IMG/VR virus record: IMGVR_UViG_3300013131_000024
Coordinates: 32,001 to 96,000 of that record
Reading direction: 5' to 3' (one strand)
Origin: a virus
DNA: 64,000 nt
Positions 25,398 to 36,632 of this stretch are shown here, piece by piece. The translations under genes were made by a program, and so were the position numbers. The number at the start of each line of letters is the position of its first letter. Position 1 is the stretch's first letter. The notes under the pieces were generated by a model. That model made no database searches and was not told where the DNA came from. It worked only from the letters and a program-made list of their open reading frames with translations.

Positions 25398-25937
25398 ATG
25401 AACCCGTGGATCCAAAATGTATCTCTCAGCGATGTTAAGAAAGGAAATCATATCCATGCCGGCATTAACAGTATGCTGATTCAAATTGTAGATCCAGGTA
25501 TGGAGTTTCCTACACCTAGTTATCAGTTTCGAGAGATTCATCAATTCTTGTTTCTTGATGTTGAAGAAAAGGACGAAGTTTTGGAAGAAGAGATGCGTTG
25601 CAGTCAGACTCAGGCAGATCAGCTTGTCTCTCTGCTACACAGAGCATTCGAGAATCGTATGAACGTTGTTGTTCATTGTGTAGCAGGTGTTTGTCGTTCG
25701 GGTGCTGTCTGCGAAGTAGGTGTAATGATGGGCTTCCGTGATACCGAAGTATTTCGTTCGCCTAATCTGCTAGTCAAGCACAAGATGATGAAGTGCCTAG
25801 GTTGGACCTACGACGAGCAGGAGCCTCACACAATTAATGGGGCTCCTGTCGAAGAAGATTGGACCAACGACAACGAAAAGGTTTTTACCTTAGCAGCAGC
25901 TCGTCGTGAGCGCAGACAGCGTGAAGGAGATATCTAA
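25398..25937 (+). CDS. Protein-tyrosine/dual-specificity phosphatase-like protein
   Basis: VHCVAGVCRS (CX5R). Confidence 0.85.
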   Translation: MNPWIQNVSLSDVKKGNHIHAGINSMLIQIVDPGMEFPTPSYQFREIHQFLFLDVEEKDEVLEEEMRCSQTQADQLVSLLHRAFENRMNVVVHCVAGVCRSGAVCEVGVMMGFRDTEVFRSPNLLVKHKMMKCLGWTYDEQEPHTINGAPVEEDWTNDNEKVFTLAAARRERRQREGDI

Positions 25938-26344
25938 TGGAGTATCTCGTCCAGGCCAGAAACAAGAGGACTAAAGAGTTTATCGAAGCGATATTGCCTT
26001 CAATGATCAAACAACTGAGATTACAAAATAGTCGAAAAGCTCTATTCGTAAAAATCAGCAAGAGTGACATCGAAAGCAATAATATGGGACAGACTGCTTA
26101 TATTCAAGCCGTAGATGGGATTGTAGTTATAATCAGTCCTCAATCCAGAGAAAAGATGGGATTGACTCTAGCACACGAAATGATACATGTTAAACAGATG
26201 GCCAAAGGTGTGTTAAAAACTTATAATGGAGTTTCGTACTGGAGAGGTAAGAGGGTAGGTAAAAAAGTTAAATATCTGGATCAACCTTGGGAAATAGAAG
26301 CTTTTAGTAAACAGGAATTAATTTTTCGTAGGGCTATAGAATAA
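25937..26344 (+). CDS. Zn metallopeptidase-like protein
   Basis: LAHEMIHVKQ and PWEIEA. Confidence 0.8.
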   Translation: MEYLVQARNKRTKEFIEAILPSMIKQLRLQNSRKALFVKISKSDIESNNMGQTAYIQAVDGIVVIISPQSREKMGLTLAHEMIHVKQMAKGVLKTYNGVSYWRGKRVGKKVKYLDQPWEIEAFSKQELIFRRAIE

Positions 26345-26356
26345 AAGGAGGGCATT

Positions 26357-26962
26357 ATGCCAAGTGTGTTTTTAGTTTCAGACACGCACTTTGGACACGC
26401 TGGCGTTTGCCGTTTTACACGGGACGATGGTATTACAAAGTTGCGTCCGTGGGATGACCCCGCGGAGATGGACGAAGCTATGGTCAAGGCTTGGAACGAA
26501 CGGGTCAAGCCCACAGACAAAGTTTACCATTTGGGCGATGTTGTGATCAACCGTAAGGCGTTGACGACATTGAGTCGTTTGAACGGTGACAAGGTATTGA
26601 TCCGTGGAAACCATGATATCTTTCGTGATACAGACTATGCCAAGTACTTCCGTGAGCTTCGTGCTTACCACGTTATGAACGGTATGATATTGAGCCATAT
26701 TCCAGTACACGAAGCATCGTTAGGACGTTTTGGTGTAAACATACACGGGCACTTACATTCAAATCGTGTAAAGAAAGCTCGTGGAGTAGATGCTAGAACG
26801 GGCGAGGTCTTGTACAGCGATGAGATTGATGTTAGATATCATTGCGTGTGCGTAGAGCAAACTCCAGATTTTGCGCCTATACTTTTTGAAGATGTTATTA
26901 AACGCATCGAAGAAGAAGGTGGAAAAATAGGGTTTAGGAACGGCAACGGACCTATAATGTGA
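26357..26962 (+). CDS. Calcineurin-like metallophosphoesterase
   Basis: SDTHFGH, HLGD, GNHD, HGHLH. Confidence 0.9.
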   Translation: MPSVFLVSDTHFGHAGVCRFTRDDGITKLRPWDDPAEMDEAMVKAWNERVKPTDKVYHLGDVVINRKALTTLSRLNGDKVLIRGNHDIFRDTDYAKYFRELRAYHVMNGMILSHIPVHEASLGRFGVNIHGHLHSNRVKKARGVDARTGEVLYSDEIDVRYHCVCVEQTPDFAPILFEDVIKRIEEEGGKIGFRNGNGPIM

Positions 26963-26979
26963 CATTATCTACGTACTTT

Positions 26980-27006
26980 TAGGGCTCTTCGGAGCCCTAT
27001 TTTTTT
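26980..27006 (+). terminator. Intrinsic terminator
   Basis: tagggctc-ttcg-gagcccta followed by T7. Confidence 0.9.
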
Positions 27007-27069
27007 GGCTTTACTTCTTTAATACGACATAAATATATTGAGTTAGGAAATTTCCAGGAGTTGAGAATT

Positions 27070-28476
27070 ATGCCCTTACAGATTCGCAGAGGCACTGAAG
27101 CAGAAAGAGTAGCCATGACACAACCTCTAGCACAAGGGGAGCTGCTTTATGTTACAAATACACAAAGAATTTATGTTGGAAATGGATCCACTTTAGGGGG
27201 TATTCCTGTAACTGGATATACCGATGGTAATGCCAAGGACGCAGCAGCCACAATCTTCACTAGCGGATCTCACACTGGGATAAACTTTTCTTATAACACC
27301 GCAACTGACATTATAACTGCAACAGTAGATCTGTCAAATTATAATGGCACTATCAATGCTTCTGCTCTAAAAGGAACTATCGTCGCTGACGATTCTACCA
27401 TATTAGTCGATGCAGTTTCAGGAACAATTCCTGCAACAGTAATAAGTGGAACCGCCACTATTAACGTCATTGGGAATACCACAGGATATCATACTGGTGA
27501 TGTCAAAGGATCAGTATTTGCAGACGATTCTACCATATTAGTCGATGCTGTTGCCGGTTCATTTAATTTAGACGGAACTGTTAAAGGAAATATCGTTCCA
27601 GATGCAAATGAAGTTTATGATCTAGGATCAGTCACAAATCGTTTTAGAGACATTTATCTAAGCGGTACTTCTATTAAATTAGGAAATGCAACCATAACCG
27701 CCACCGGTGCTGCTGTTGATCTTCCGGTAGGATCTACTGTCGGTGGTATATCTATAGCTAGTTCTGGAGATGGAGTAATTTCAGGCAGTAATTACAATAT
27801 CAACATCATTCGAGATGACAGTACTGTAATAGTGAACTCTTCATCAGGAGTTATTACAGCAGATACATTATACGGAACTTTATTTGGAACACTCGAAGGA
27901 GATGTAAGCGGATCAATATTTTCAGATGACAGCACTATCATGCTAGACGGCATTGATAAAGTACTAACAGTCAATTCGATTAATACCACTGAGATAAATG
28001 CGGAGGCTTCTAGACTATTTGTTAAATCATCTAGTCCTCAACCCATAGATGCTGTTGCTATCACAGACGGATCTACTGCACCATATATAGGATTAAGTGT
28101 ATCTAGAGGAACTATATCCTCTCCCACAAATACTAATGCTAACGATATTCTAGGAGGATTTAAAATTGAAGGTTATAGAGCGGGCGTATATAAATTTGCA
28201 TCTGGTATGGCTTCTATATGGGCTAGTGATGCTGATTATTCATATACTTATCCTAGATCAACTTTTAATTTATTCACCGGCAACAACTCCAATATGTTAG
28301 CAATAGGTGCATCATTAGATGGTGCCGGAACTTGGACAGCTAACACGATAAAAACAGGCACGTACACTTCTGCTCCAGATACTAGACCTACTGGTTCAAA
28401 GGGCATGATTATTTTTAATGACACTACCGGAAAATTTCAAGGATTCGACGGTTCGAGTTGGGTTGATCTAAGTTAA
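27070..28476 (+). CDS. Tail fibre/virion structural protein
   Basis: LQIRRGT...LAQGEL...GNG N-terminal fibre motif; repeated GS(V/I)FADDST; C-terminal GMIIFN...FQG...W. Confidence 0.7.
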   Translation: MPLQIRRGTEAERVAMTQPLAQGELLYVTNTQRIYVGNGSTLGGIPVTGYTDGNAKDAAATIFTSGSHTGINFSYNTATDIITATVDLSNYNGTINASALKGTIVADDSTILVDAVSGTIPATVISGTATINVIGNTTGYHTGDVKGSVFADDSTILVDAVAGSFNLDGTVKGNIVPDANEVYDLGSVTNRFRDIYLSGTSIKLGNATITATGAAVDLPVGSTVGGISIASSGDGVISGSNYNINIIRDDSTVIVNSSSGVITADTLYGTLFGTLEGDVSGSIFSDDSTIMLDGIDKVLTVNSINTTEINAEASRLFVKSSSPQPIDAVAITDGSTAPYIGLSVSRGTISSPTNTNANDILGGFKIEGYRAGVYKFASGMASIWASDADYSYTYPRSTFNLFTGNNSNMLAIGASLDGAGTWTANTIKTGTYTSAPDTRPTGSKGMIIFNDTTGKFQGFDGSSWVDLS

Positions 28477-28509
28477 TTAATAGTATACTTTTCTGGGTAT
28501 AAATATCCC

Positions 28510-29151
28510 ATGAAAGATTATTACATCTGCTCCGCAAAATATCTTATTCTAGATATATCATATCCATATGATGAAATGTTAGACGAAGCTAGAAGACTTA
28601 GCCATCGTTTCGTACCTCACAGATCAGCTTTATCTAAAGGTTGGGAATCTTTAACACTGCATGGCCTAGGTGAAGATAAAACCGGAAGTTTTGAAGATTA
28701 TGGATACAAGAACGGAGGAGATGCAGCTAAAGATATGTATTGGACTAAGGCAGCAGATGAATCTCCGATAACGAAAAATTTTTTATTGAATAATTTTCCA
28801 AGTAAAAGATTCGGTAGAATTCGTCTAATGAAACTTAAGGCAGGTGGGTTTATCGGACTTCACTCTGACAGTAGTAGACCTGTTATAGAAAATATAAATT
28901 TAGTACTAAACAATCCTCAACATTGTTTATGGATATGGGGGGATGGCACCGAAGTGTTTATGGATCCTGGCAAAGCCTACGCTATGAATGTTCATTATCA
29001 ACATAGTGTTTACAACAATAGCTATGAAGATAGATATCACATGATTGTAACAAGACACGATTCAACTGATAAATGGAAAGAGATAGTACTGAAAGCATCT
29101 AAAGAAACAGGAGAATTAGGCTATTTTGAAAAAATTGATTATCTACCTTAA
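28510..29151 (+). CDS. Asp/Asn beta-hydroxylase-like 2OG-Fe(II) oxygenase
   Basis: R-x-M-x-L...HSD...HSVYN...RYHMI. Confidence 0.8.
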   Translation: MKDYYICSAKYLILDISYPYDEMLDEARRLSHRFVPHRSALSKGWESLTLHGLGEDKTGSFEDYGYKNGGDAAKDMYWTKAADESPITKNFLLNNFPSKRFGRIRLMKLKAGGFIGLHSDSSRPVIENINLVLNNPQHCLWIWGDGTEVFMDPGKAYAMNVHYQHSVYNNSYEDRYHMIVTRHDSTDKWKEIVLKASKETGELGYFEKIDYLP

Positions 29152-30549
29152 TATTATTGGCGATGTCCAGTCTTTGCTATGCCATTTTGGTTTATTAAGA
29201 ATGTTGATATCTGTTAAATTAAATTTACAGACTCGATCTTTATAAACTTGCGTAGATTTATCGCAAAATCCATCTGCAGCTCTAGCAGAGAATGAAAGAA
29301 AAATTTCCGGATTTTTTTCTTGTAATTTATAAATTAATCTGTTCTCGGCTGCTATTCTATACTTAAGACTTGAAGTATAAGAGAGTGGTGTATAATTAAA
29401 TACATCACTAACATTATAAAAAGTATTTGCAGTATTATCTACCCAATCAAGATTATATGTGCCTAAATAATTTATTAAAATAAAACCATACTGAAGATTT
29501 TTAATTCTGTTCCAAGTCATGTCCCAATCGTAGAATTTTGATTTAAATTTTTCCCATAATATATTAGATTGTATATAATATTCTTCAGGTATATGTATAG
29601 GACCCGATGGAAAATTTTTGTTGATAAAACTTTTATAAAATTCTCCGTAATTTTCTCCACTCCATTGGCTTATCATTAAGCTCATAAATTGTAGACATTG
29701 TGGGTTCACATCGGTAATTACGACTTTGGTTTTATTTGTTGTACCTAGAATATTTAAATTATTAATCCAATTAAAACCTGTGCCTGTAGTGATATATTGC
29801 TCAATAGGACCTTGACAATTTATATTATCTAATAGACTATCTGAATTGTGCGAAGGAACAAAATTAGATCCGAAAAATTGATAATAATATAAGTCAGCAA
29901 CTTCTTTTAAAAAAACATGATCGTGTTCATAATAAAGATATTTTTTATAGTTCCTTATATCGCCTAAATCTATTATTTTTTTTTCCTTTAACAATAATTT
30001 AGATATAAGATTCCACCCGTGCTTTTTACCCACATATGTTTTTTTATTTTTTCCTGTTTTAATCCAAAGAGGAACATAATCGTCGTGTACATTTTCTTCA
30101 CTTCTTATTGGCTCTATCTGATCATGATATTCATCTTGTTCATAGCCCATCTCTGGCATATCGATATCGGAATAGTCATATAAATTTAAAATATAGAACT
30201 GATGATGTAATTCGTAATAATATTCTTTTCTATCTAAAATGTGTCCTGCTAAACTAAAATCTGTAGAACAAAGTTTTTCAACAGACTCAAATAGTTTATC
30301 GTTCATTTTTAAACTTGTACCAGTCGAAATAAAAACAGCATACTTGTATTCTTCATATACTGCCATTTTAGCTAATAGATCTTCAGATTCTCCTATGAGA
30401 ATATCAAACCTTTCATGACATTTAAATATAAATTGATCTGTAAGATTAATTGATATCTCTTTAGCCCAGTTAGTTTGACAATTATTAGTATTATCAATAA
30501 TGCAAAATACTATGGGTTTTTTCTTGCTAACACTAAATTTTATTGCCAT
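29143..30549 (-). CDS. Hypothetical protein (possible methyltransferase-like C-terminal half)
   Basis: 468-aa ORF; TGTGF and ITDVN only weakly suggestive. Confidence 0.6.
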   Translation of the reverse strand: MAIKFSVSKKKPIVFCIIDNTNNCQTNWAKEISINLTDQFIFKCHERFDILIGESEDLLAKMAVYEEYKYAVFISTGTSLKMNDKLFESVEKLCSTDFSLAGHILDRKEYYYELHHQFYILNLYDYSDIDMPEMGYEQDEYHDQIEPIRSEENVHDDYVPLWIKTGKNKKTYVGKKHGWNLISKLLLKEKKIIDLGDIRNYKKYLYYEHDHVFLKEVADLYYYQFFGSNFVPSHNSDSLLDNINCQGPIEQYITTGTGFNWINNLNILGTTNKTKVVITDVNPQCLQFMSLMISQWSGENYGEFYKSFINKNFPSGPIHIPEEYYIQSNILWEKFKSKFYDWDMTWNRIKNLQYGFILINYLGTYNLDWVDNTANTFYNVSDVFNYTPLSYTSSLKYRIAAENRLIYKLQEKNPEIFLSFSARAADGFCDKSTQVYKDRVCKFNLTDINILNKPKWHSKDWTSPIILR

Positions 30550-31106
30550 TTTGGAAACCTACTAAGTTGTCGTAAAAATTTTTCTGCATCTAATTGCCAT
30601 ACAGTTTGTAATGTTTCTCTATAAAATACTTGTCCTATATTTTTTAGGACACCTTGTTTTTCTAGAGCAGGACCAAATATATTGTTAACTCGACGCTGTG
30701 TTCCTACATCACTTTCGTTAGATGTTATGTAAAGCTTAGACGTTGGTGGAGCCCATTCAATACATTTGGGTATTAGAAATTGAGAAGTAGGATTTTGATA
30801 TTCGGTTATAACTCTAATAGTTCTTAAGGCTCGTCCATACGAACCCTCTATTTCATCAGTTAATACACACGTTCTGGCTGCTATTCTATAACTTCCTTCT
30901 CCCATAACATCTTCGAAACTATGAGCAGCTACACTTCCGATTGGTTTAGATTTAAAATACAATATCCAGACCTGTTTTTCTTTTTCATTATTAAAGCAAT
31001 CAACTAATTTTTTCTGGCTACAATTATTCAAAAAACCTTTAGCTTTAGCTCTTTCATAGAAATAAGATAAATCTAGATCTTCAGACCAAGGAATTACGTA
31101 GAACAT
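30540..31106 (-). CDS. GNAT-like protein
   Basis: IGSVAAH...YRIAAR...LYITSN pattern. Confidence 0.5.
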   Translation of the reverse strand: MFYVIPWSEDLDLSYFYERAKAKGFLNNCSQKKLVDCFNNEKEKQVWILYFKSKPIGSVAAHSFEDVMGEGSYRIAARTCVLTDEIEGSYGRALRTIRVITEYQNPTSQFLIPKCIEWAPPTSKLYITSNESDVGTQRRVNNIFGPALEKQGVLKNIGQVFYRETLQTVWQLDAEKFLRQLSRFPKWQ

Positions 31107-31789
31107 AAAATCTTATCGATAAATTCAGACGAATAGTTATTCCTAAAACTATTCCAACAAAGTTTTTCAAGTATTTTAAAACTTTGAGGTTCCTCCCATT
31201 TTATATTTAAGATGTCAAGATGTTTTTTCATTTCATTTTGTCTTGTAGAATATATATGACTTTCAACGTCTTTTATACTGATGTTAGGTTCATCTTCGTG
31301 ATACGTGAAAAAATAATTTATACTTTTTAGTTTTCCTTGGACTATAAAATAGCTACTTGGATGCATACTGAATTTGTATAGTTTTAAAAATTTATGAGCT
31401 TTAATTATGTCAATCATCTGCTCTTGCCAATTTGGTAAAACGATATCATAATTTTCAGTAGCGCATCCTGCCTGCTCCCAAAAATCAACACCGTCTATTT
31501 GTAAATATATTTTTCTTTCAGTATAATCTATATCCAAAATAAAAGGAACATGCATAGGAAATGAACTGTGCATTATTTTTAGGAATTTAACTTCTCTTTC
31601 CCACTTTTCCTCCATCTTATCTGGATCAATAATCTCATTCATTCCTTTATGATAATTATTGTCGTTATAATACCATTGGACAAATGTTTTTTTGTCTTTG
31701 CTTATTAAGCTAGTGTAAATTAAATTATTTCGACAATTTCCCTTACCCGGAACATTGTTGTAATAGTATTCGTATTTCATAGATAGCAT
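31094..31789 (-). CDS. Kinase-fold-like protein
   Basis: EREVKFL...PFILDID...; paralog of 40311-41003. Confidence 0.5.
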   Translation of the reverse strand: MLSMKYEYYYNNVPGKGNCRNNLIYTSLISKDKKTFVQWYYNDNNYHKGMNEIIDPDKMEEKWEREVKFLKIMHSSFPMHVPFILDIDYTERKIYLQIDGVDFWEQAGCATENYDIVLPNWQEQMIDIIKAHKFLKLYKFSMHPSSYFIVQGKLKSINYFFTYHEDEPNISIKDVESHIYSTRQNEMKKHLDILNIKWEEPQSFKILEKLCWNSFRNNYSSEFIDKILCST

Positions 31790-31825
31790 ATTAATTTATC
31801 AATAAATATCTCGACCAAAATAAAA

Positions 31826-33304
31826 ATGTTAAAATGTATATTGTTCAATGTAGCCAGCGGAACTAATTTCGCAGGAAATGGTAGATCCGTTGGGGTTTAC
31901 AGAATCTCTCACCATCTTCGAGAAGAAGGTTGGGATGTAGAAGTTATAGATTTTGCTAACGAATGGAGTTTAGAAGATCTTAAATTACTTGCTAAATCAA
32001 GGATGCATGGCGGACTAAAATTTTTTGGATTCAGTCATATGTATTCAATATGGACTGAAACCTTAGAGAAATTTTGTCAATGGATTAAAAAAGAGTATAG
32101 TGACATAGTTCTAATATCTGGCTCTAGTGTATCACCTCAATTTACGTCTATACATTTAGATTTTTATATTCAAGGATTCGGAGAAAACGCTATAACAGCT
32201 TTACTATCATGGTTGTTTGGCAACGGACCTAAACCAATTTTTTCTATATTCAAAGCAAACGGAAAACCATTAATTGCTGCCAACGACAATTATCCTTCAT
32301 ATCCAAGGAGAAACTTAAATGTAATTTACGAAGATAGAGATTTTATCGAATCAGAAGAGTGGTTAGGCATAGAATTTTCTAGAGGATGTAAATTTAGTTG
32401 TGATTTTTGTAATTTTCCAGTATTAGGCGTAAAAGGTGATTATACCAGAGATGCCGAAAATTTTGAAATACAGATAAAAGATGCTTATGATAGATTTGGT
32501 GTTACTAACTATTTGGTATCAGACGAAACATTTAATGATCGTACAGAAAAAATTACTAAATTTGCAGATATAATAGATAAATTAGATTTTAAACCTTGGT
32601 TTAGCGGATTTATACGTCCTGATCTCTTAATTAACAGACCGCAGGACAGAGAAGAACTGCTACGCATGAATTTTTTAGGTCACCATTATGGTATAGAAAG
32701 TTTTAATTACAAAGCAGTTAAATCTATTGGAAAAGGTATGAATCCTGAAAAGGTTAAACAGGGTCTTATAGATGTTAGAAAATATTTTGAAAATAATGGA
32801 ATTAAAAAATACAGAGCTTTATTAACTTTTATCATAGGTCTACCTCATGAAACAAAAGATGACATTGAACGAACCACTAGATGGTTGATAGAAAATTGGC
32901 AAGGACAGTCATGGACTCCCTTCGTTCTGGAGATCCCCGTTGGGGAACTTAATAGAAAAAGTAAGATGAGCATGAACTATGAGAAATATGGCTATAGAAT
33001 TTTTCAAGGAGAGCACAAACATCTAGAGTATAAACAGGCAAGAGTATCTAAAGATTTGTTAATTTGGGAGCATGATCATATGAATTATTTCGATGCCTAT
33101 GATTTATTTTACAAAATGATAGAATCAAGAAATGATTTAAATAATAATTTTACTTTAGCTCCTTGGGATCTAGCTATGATAGGTCTTCCAGGAAACGTCT
33201 ATGATCGACTCATGTTACACAATTCATGTTTACAGGACAAAATTATAGAAGAAAATAGAATAAAATTTATACAAAGATACATAAGGAAAAAATTAGAATG
33301 TTAA
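31826..33304 (+). CDS. Radical SAM enzyme with N-terminal B12-binding-like domain
   Basis: SRGCKFSCDFC, DETFND, GIES, IIGLP. Confidence 0.9.
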   Translation: MLKCILFNVASGTNFAGNGRSVGVYRISHHLREEGWDVEVIDFANEWSLEDLKLLAKSRMHGGLKFFGFSHMYSIWTETLEKFCQWIKKEYSDIVLISGSSVSPQFTSIHLDFYIQGFGENAITALLSWLFGNGPKPIFSIFKANGKPLIAANDNYPSYPRRNLNVIYEDRDFIESEEWLGIEFSRGCKFSCDFCNFPVLGVKGDYTRDAENFEIQIKDAYDRFGVTNYLVSDETFNDRTEKITKFADIIDKLDFKPWFSGFIRPDLLINRPQDREELLRMNFLGHHYGIESFNYKAVKSIGKGMNPEKVKQGLIDVRKYFENNGIKKYRALLTFIIGLPHETKDDIERTTRWLIENWQGQSWTPFVLEIPVGELNRKSKMSMNYEKYGYRIFQGEHKHLEYKQARVSKDLLIWEHDHMNYFDAYDLFYKMIESRNDLNNNFTLAPWDLAMIGLPGNVYDRLMLHNSCLQDKIIEENRIKFIQRYIRKKLEC

Positions 33305-34767
33305 AATGTATTTTGTTTAACGTTGACAACGGTCCCTTAACTAGAAGACCAATAGGAGCACATAGAATAGCTCATTTTTTAAGAGAAAACAATTGGGATG
33401 CTGAAGTAATAGATTTTTTCAAATTTTGGAGTTTTGATCAACTACAACAATTAGCTAAACAAAAATTTACTCCAGATGTTAAATGGATCGGAATTTCTTA
33501 TCTTTTTTTGTCATCTCCTATCGAATCTGTTGATAATTTTTTCTTGTGGGTAAAAAAGGAATATCCACATATAAAAATCATAGTAGGAAGCCCGATACAG
33601 TATAATCAAAAATCTGTGTACGTTGACTATAATATATCTGGGTTCGGAGAAAACGCTCTGTTAGAACTATTAAAATATCTTTTCAGCAATGGAGCGTCAC
33701 CGAAATTTTCGTTGGCTACCCATGCCGGAAAACAGATACTAGCTAATGAAATGTACCCTTCTTATCCTATGAAGAGCCTCAATATAATCTATGAAGATAG
33801 AGACTTCATCCAGCCAGAAGAGTGGCTAGGCATTGAATTTGCTAGAGGTTGTAAATTTAGTTGTGCTTTCTGTAATTTTCCAGTTATAGGTGTTAAAGGA
33901 GATTACTCTCGAGATGCGGAAGATTTCGAAGTACAGATCAAGGATGCCTATGATAGATTTGGTGTAGAGAACTACTGGGTTTCAGATGAAACGTTTAATG
34001 ATCGCACGGAGAAAATCACCAAGTTCGCTGATGTTGTTGAAACACTTTCATTTACTCCATATTTTACCGGATTTATTAGACCTGACCTGTTAATCATTAG
34101 ACCACAAGATAGAGAAGAACTTCTGCGAATGAATTTTTTAGGTCACTTTTACGGCGTTGAAACTTTTAATCAAGAAACTGGAAAAATTATAGGAAAAGGT
34201 ATGGATCCTATTAAAATGAAAGAAGGATTGATAGCTATACGTAAATATTATGAACAATATGAAAATAGAAGATATCGGGGCAGTATAAGTTTAATTGCAG
34301 GGCTACCTTACGAATCGATTGACAGTATTTTACAAACCAAAGATTGGTTGATAGAAAATTGGCAAGGACAAAATTTTACCATGTATCCATTAGAGATTGG
34401 AGTTGATGAATTTGATAATCCATCAAAAATAAGTAAAAATTGGAAAAAATATGGTTATGTAGATGCATCTAACGATCCTGATATAGGACACCATTTCGCA
34501 CACATAGGAAATATGCAAATGAATAAAATTTTTATTTGGAAAAATGATTTCACTAATCTTAAAGAAGCCAGCGACATAGCGTATCTATATTGGAAAGAAA
34601 AATACAATACTGGAAACGATTTTAGACTTAGCAACTTTGCATTATTACATTTAGGATTACCTAAAAACTTAGATGAAAAATTTTCTGTAAAAGATACCGA
34701 AGAGATAGAAATGTACTCGGCAAATAAAATTATACAAGATTATATAGAGAAAAAATTAAACAATTAG
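33298..34767 (+). CDS. Radical SAM enzyme with B12-binding-like domain (tandem paralog)
   Basis: ARGCKFSCAFC; highly similar to upstream gene. Confidence 0.9.
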   Translation: MLKCILFNVDNGPLTRRPIGAHRIAHFLRENNWDAEVIDFFKFWSFDQLQQLAKQKFTPDVKWIGISYLFLSSPIESVDNFFLWVKKEYPHIKIIVGSPIQYNQKSVYVDYNISGFGENALLELLKYLFSNGASPKFSLATHAGKQILANEMYPSYPMKSLNIIYEDRDFIQPEEWLGIEFARGCKFSCAFCNFPVIGVKGDYSRDAEDFEVQIKDAYDRFGVENYWVSDETFNDRTEKITKFADVVETLSFTPYFTGFIRPDLLIIRPQDREELLRMNFLGHFYGVETFNQETGKIIGKGMDPIKMKEGLIAIRKYYEQYENRRYRGSISLIAGLPYESIDSILQTKDWLIENWQGQNFTMYPLEIGVDEFDNPSKISKNWKKYGYVDASNDPDIGHHFAHIGNMQMNKIFIWKNDFTNLKEASDIAYLYWKEKYNTGNDFRLSNFALLHLGLPKNLDEKFSVKDTEEIEMYSANKIIQDYIEKKLNN

Positions 34768-34777
34768 TTACGAAAAA

Positions 34778-35845
34778 ATGAAAAAATTGTCAGATACTCT
34801 TTCTGTTTGTGAATTTTGTTATAGACATGTGCCAGCCATACGATTTGAAAGAGATGGAGGAATCTGGTTGTGGAAAAAATGTAAATGGCATGGAGAATCA
34901 GAACATTTAGTCGAGCCTGATGCAAGTTTTTATTTAAATTATACCTACATAAGAAAACAATTAGAAAGTTACATGATTGATATAACCAATAAATGTAATC
35001 TCACTTGTCCAAACTGTCATCAAGAACCGAATAATAATTCAAAAGATTTACCTATAAATTTTTTTATAGATATCATATCATCATGGCCAGATAACGGTTG
35101 GCCAGTAGCACTTTGTGGGGCAGAACCGACTATTAGAAAAGATTTACCTGAATTTGTAGAAGCCATTAATTCTATGCCAAGAAAGAAACGTGATATTATT
35201 ATCCTCACCAACGCTGTGCGACTGGCTGATGAAAATTATACGCAGCAATTTATTGCCTACAACAATATCTACTGGACTATTGGGTTAAACCATCCTGAAT
35301 ATCAAGGGCATAAGGTTAGAGAAAAACAAATTAAAGGAATTGAAAATTTAGTAAAATATAAACAAAAAATTAAGAATATCAGTTACACTTTAGAAATACT
35401 AGGACAAATGGAGTATTGTCTTGAAGAGTTACAAGAATTTTCAAAAAAATATTGTAAGGCCTTTAGAGTAAGGACAGGTGTTGATATTGGCAGATATCCA
35501 GGAGGTCCAAAAGTGTATATGTCAGATTTAGTCAAAGAAATGAATAGAGTGGCAGAAAAAAATAAATGGCCAATTGAAAAAATTAATGACCAAGGTAATA
35601 GAGCTCATTACGCTGTGTTAATTAATGATGTGCCAGTAAAAATTATTCAATGGCCAGATGCACAAACATTAGATTTAAGAGAAATACAAACGGAAGCTTT
35701 TGGAGATTTTGTACCTAACAAACCAGCATCTCCGCTGATCCATCAAATTATTTTACGAGATGCACACATTAACAAAGGTCTTCCTCTATATGATACCATT
35801 CCACAGGAATATTTAGATAATTATGGCAATCATAGGAATCAATAA
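34778..35845 (+). CDS. Radical SAM enzyme with N-terminal CxxC...CxxHG domain
   Basis: CNLTCPNC, GAEP, TNA. Confidence 0.9.
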   Translation: MKKLSDTLSVCEFCYRHVPAIRFERDGGIWLWKKCKWHGESEHLVEPDASFYLNYTYIRKQLESYMIDITNKCNLTCPNCHQEPNNNSKDLPINFFIDIISSWPDNGWPVALCGAEPTIRKDLPEFVEAINSMPRKKRDIIILTNAVRLADENYTQQFIAYNNIYWTIGLNHPEYQGHKVREKQIKGIENLVKYKQKIKNISYTLEILGQMEYCLEELQEFSKKYCKAFRVRTGVDIGRYPGGPKVYMSDLVKEMNRVAEKNKWPIEKINDQGNRAHYAVLINDVPVKIIQWPDAQTLDLREIQTEAFGDFVPNKPASPLIHQIILRDAHINKGLPLYDTIPQEYLDNYGNHRNQ

Positions 35846-36632
35846 TTTACCTTATATAGATATGGAACCATACTTAGATATGGATATCTTTGAAAAATTA
35901 CAGCCTGAAATCTACACAGGATTTTCGTTGGCTAGAGAATATGCCAAAGAAGGAACTTGGATGCAGCCTGGATTTTCTATGAAAGATATGAGCTATATTA
36001 TAAATTGGAAACCAATATATAAAGCAATGGAAGAGTTTCAATCATTGCCGGACGACAACCCAATTAAAAAGGAAGGAATAAAGTTAATGCCATCCGATTT
36101 CAAAGATTTTCGTCAAAGAAATATTTTTACAAGATATTTAAAAATGGCTATGGGAGCATACGATCCTTACATTTATTATTTTTTATGGGAAGAAGGCGAT
36201 TGGAATAACAGAGAAAAAGAACGTAAGATGACCGACGAAGCAAAATATTTTCCTTCTGTTGTAGAATGGGTATTGAATCTTCAAAAAACACAGATATTTG
36301 AACATATTGGTAGAGTAATATTTTTCCACTGTGAGGCAGACGGCATTCCATTTGAACATAGAGATCTAGATGCCCAAAACGGCATAGACATAATTAAACC
36401 TCATCGAAACGAATTTATACATATTAGACCTGATACAAAAAAATCATTTTATATTTGGGATCCAAAAAAGAAAAATAAAATTTATCTTAATACAAGAGCA
36501 GCATGGTGGAATGACGTGGACTGGCATGGAGGAGAGAGGATTATGGAACAGAGTTATAGCTTACGTGTAGATGGCAGGTTTACCGATGAGTTTCGGAAAC
36601 GTTTAGGTATAAATCACTTGGATAATTATTAA
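35823..36632 (+). CDS. 2OG-Fe(II)-type (cupin) protein
   Basis: EHRD...WHGG...R pattern; paralog of next gene. Confidence 0.6.
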   Translation: MAIIGINNLPYIDMEPYLDMDIFEKLQPEIYTGFSLAREYAKEGTWMQPGFSMKDMSYIINWKPIYKAMEEFQSLPDDNPIKKEGIKLMPSDFKDFRQRNIFTRYLKMAMGAYDPYIYYFLWEEGDWNNREKERKMTDEAKYFPSVVEWVLNLQKTQIFEHIGRVIFFHCEADGIPFEHRDLDAQNGIDIIKPHRNEFIHIRPDTKKSFYIWDPKKKNKIYLNTRAAWWNDVDWHGGERIMEQSYSLRVDGRFTDEFRKRLGINHLDNY

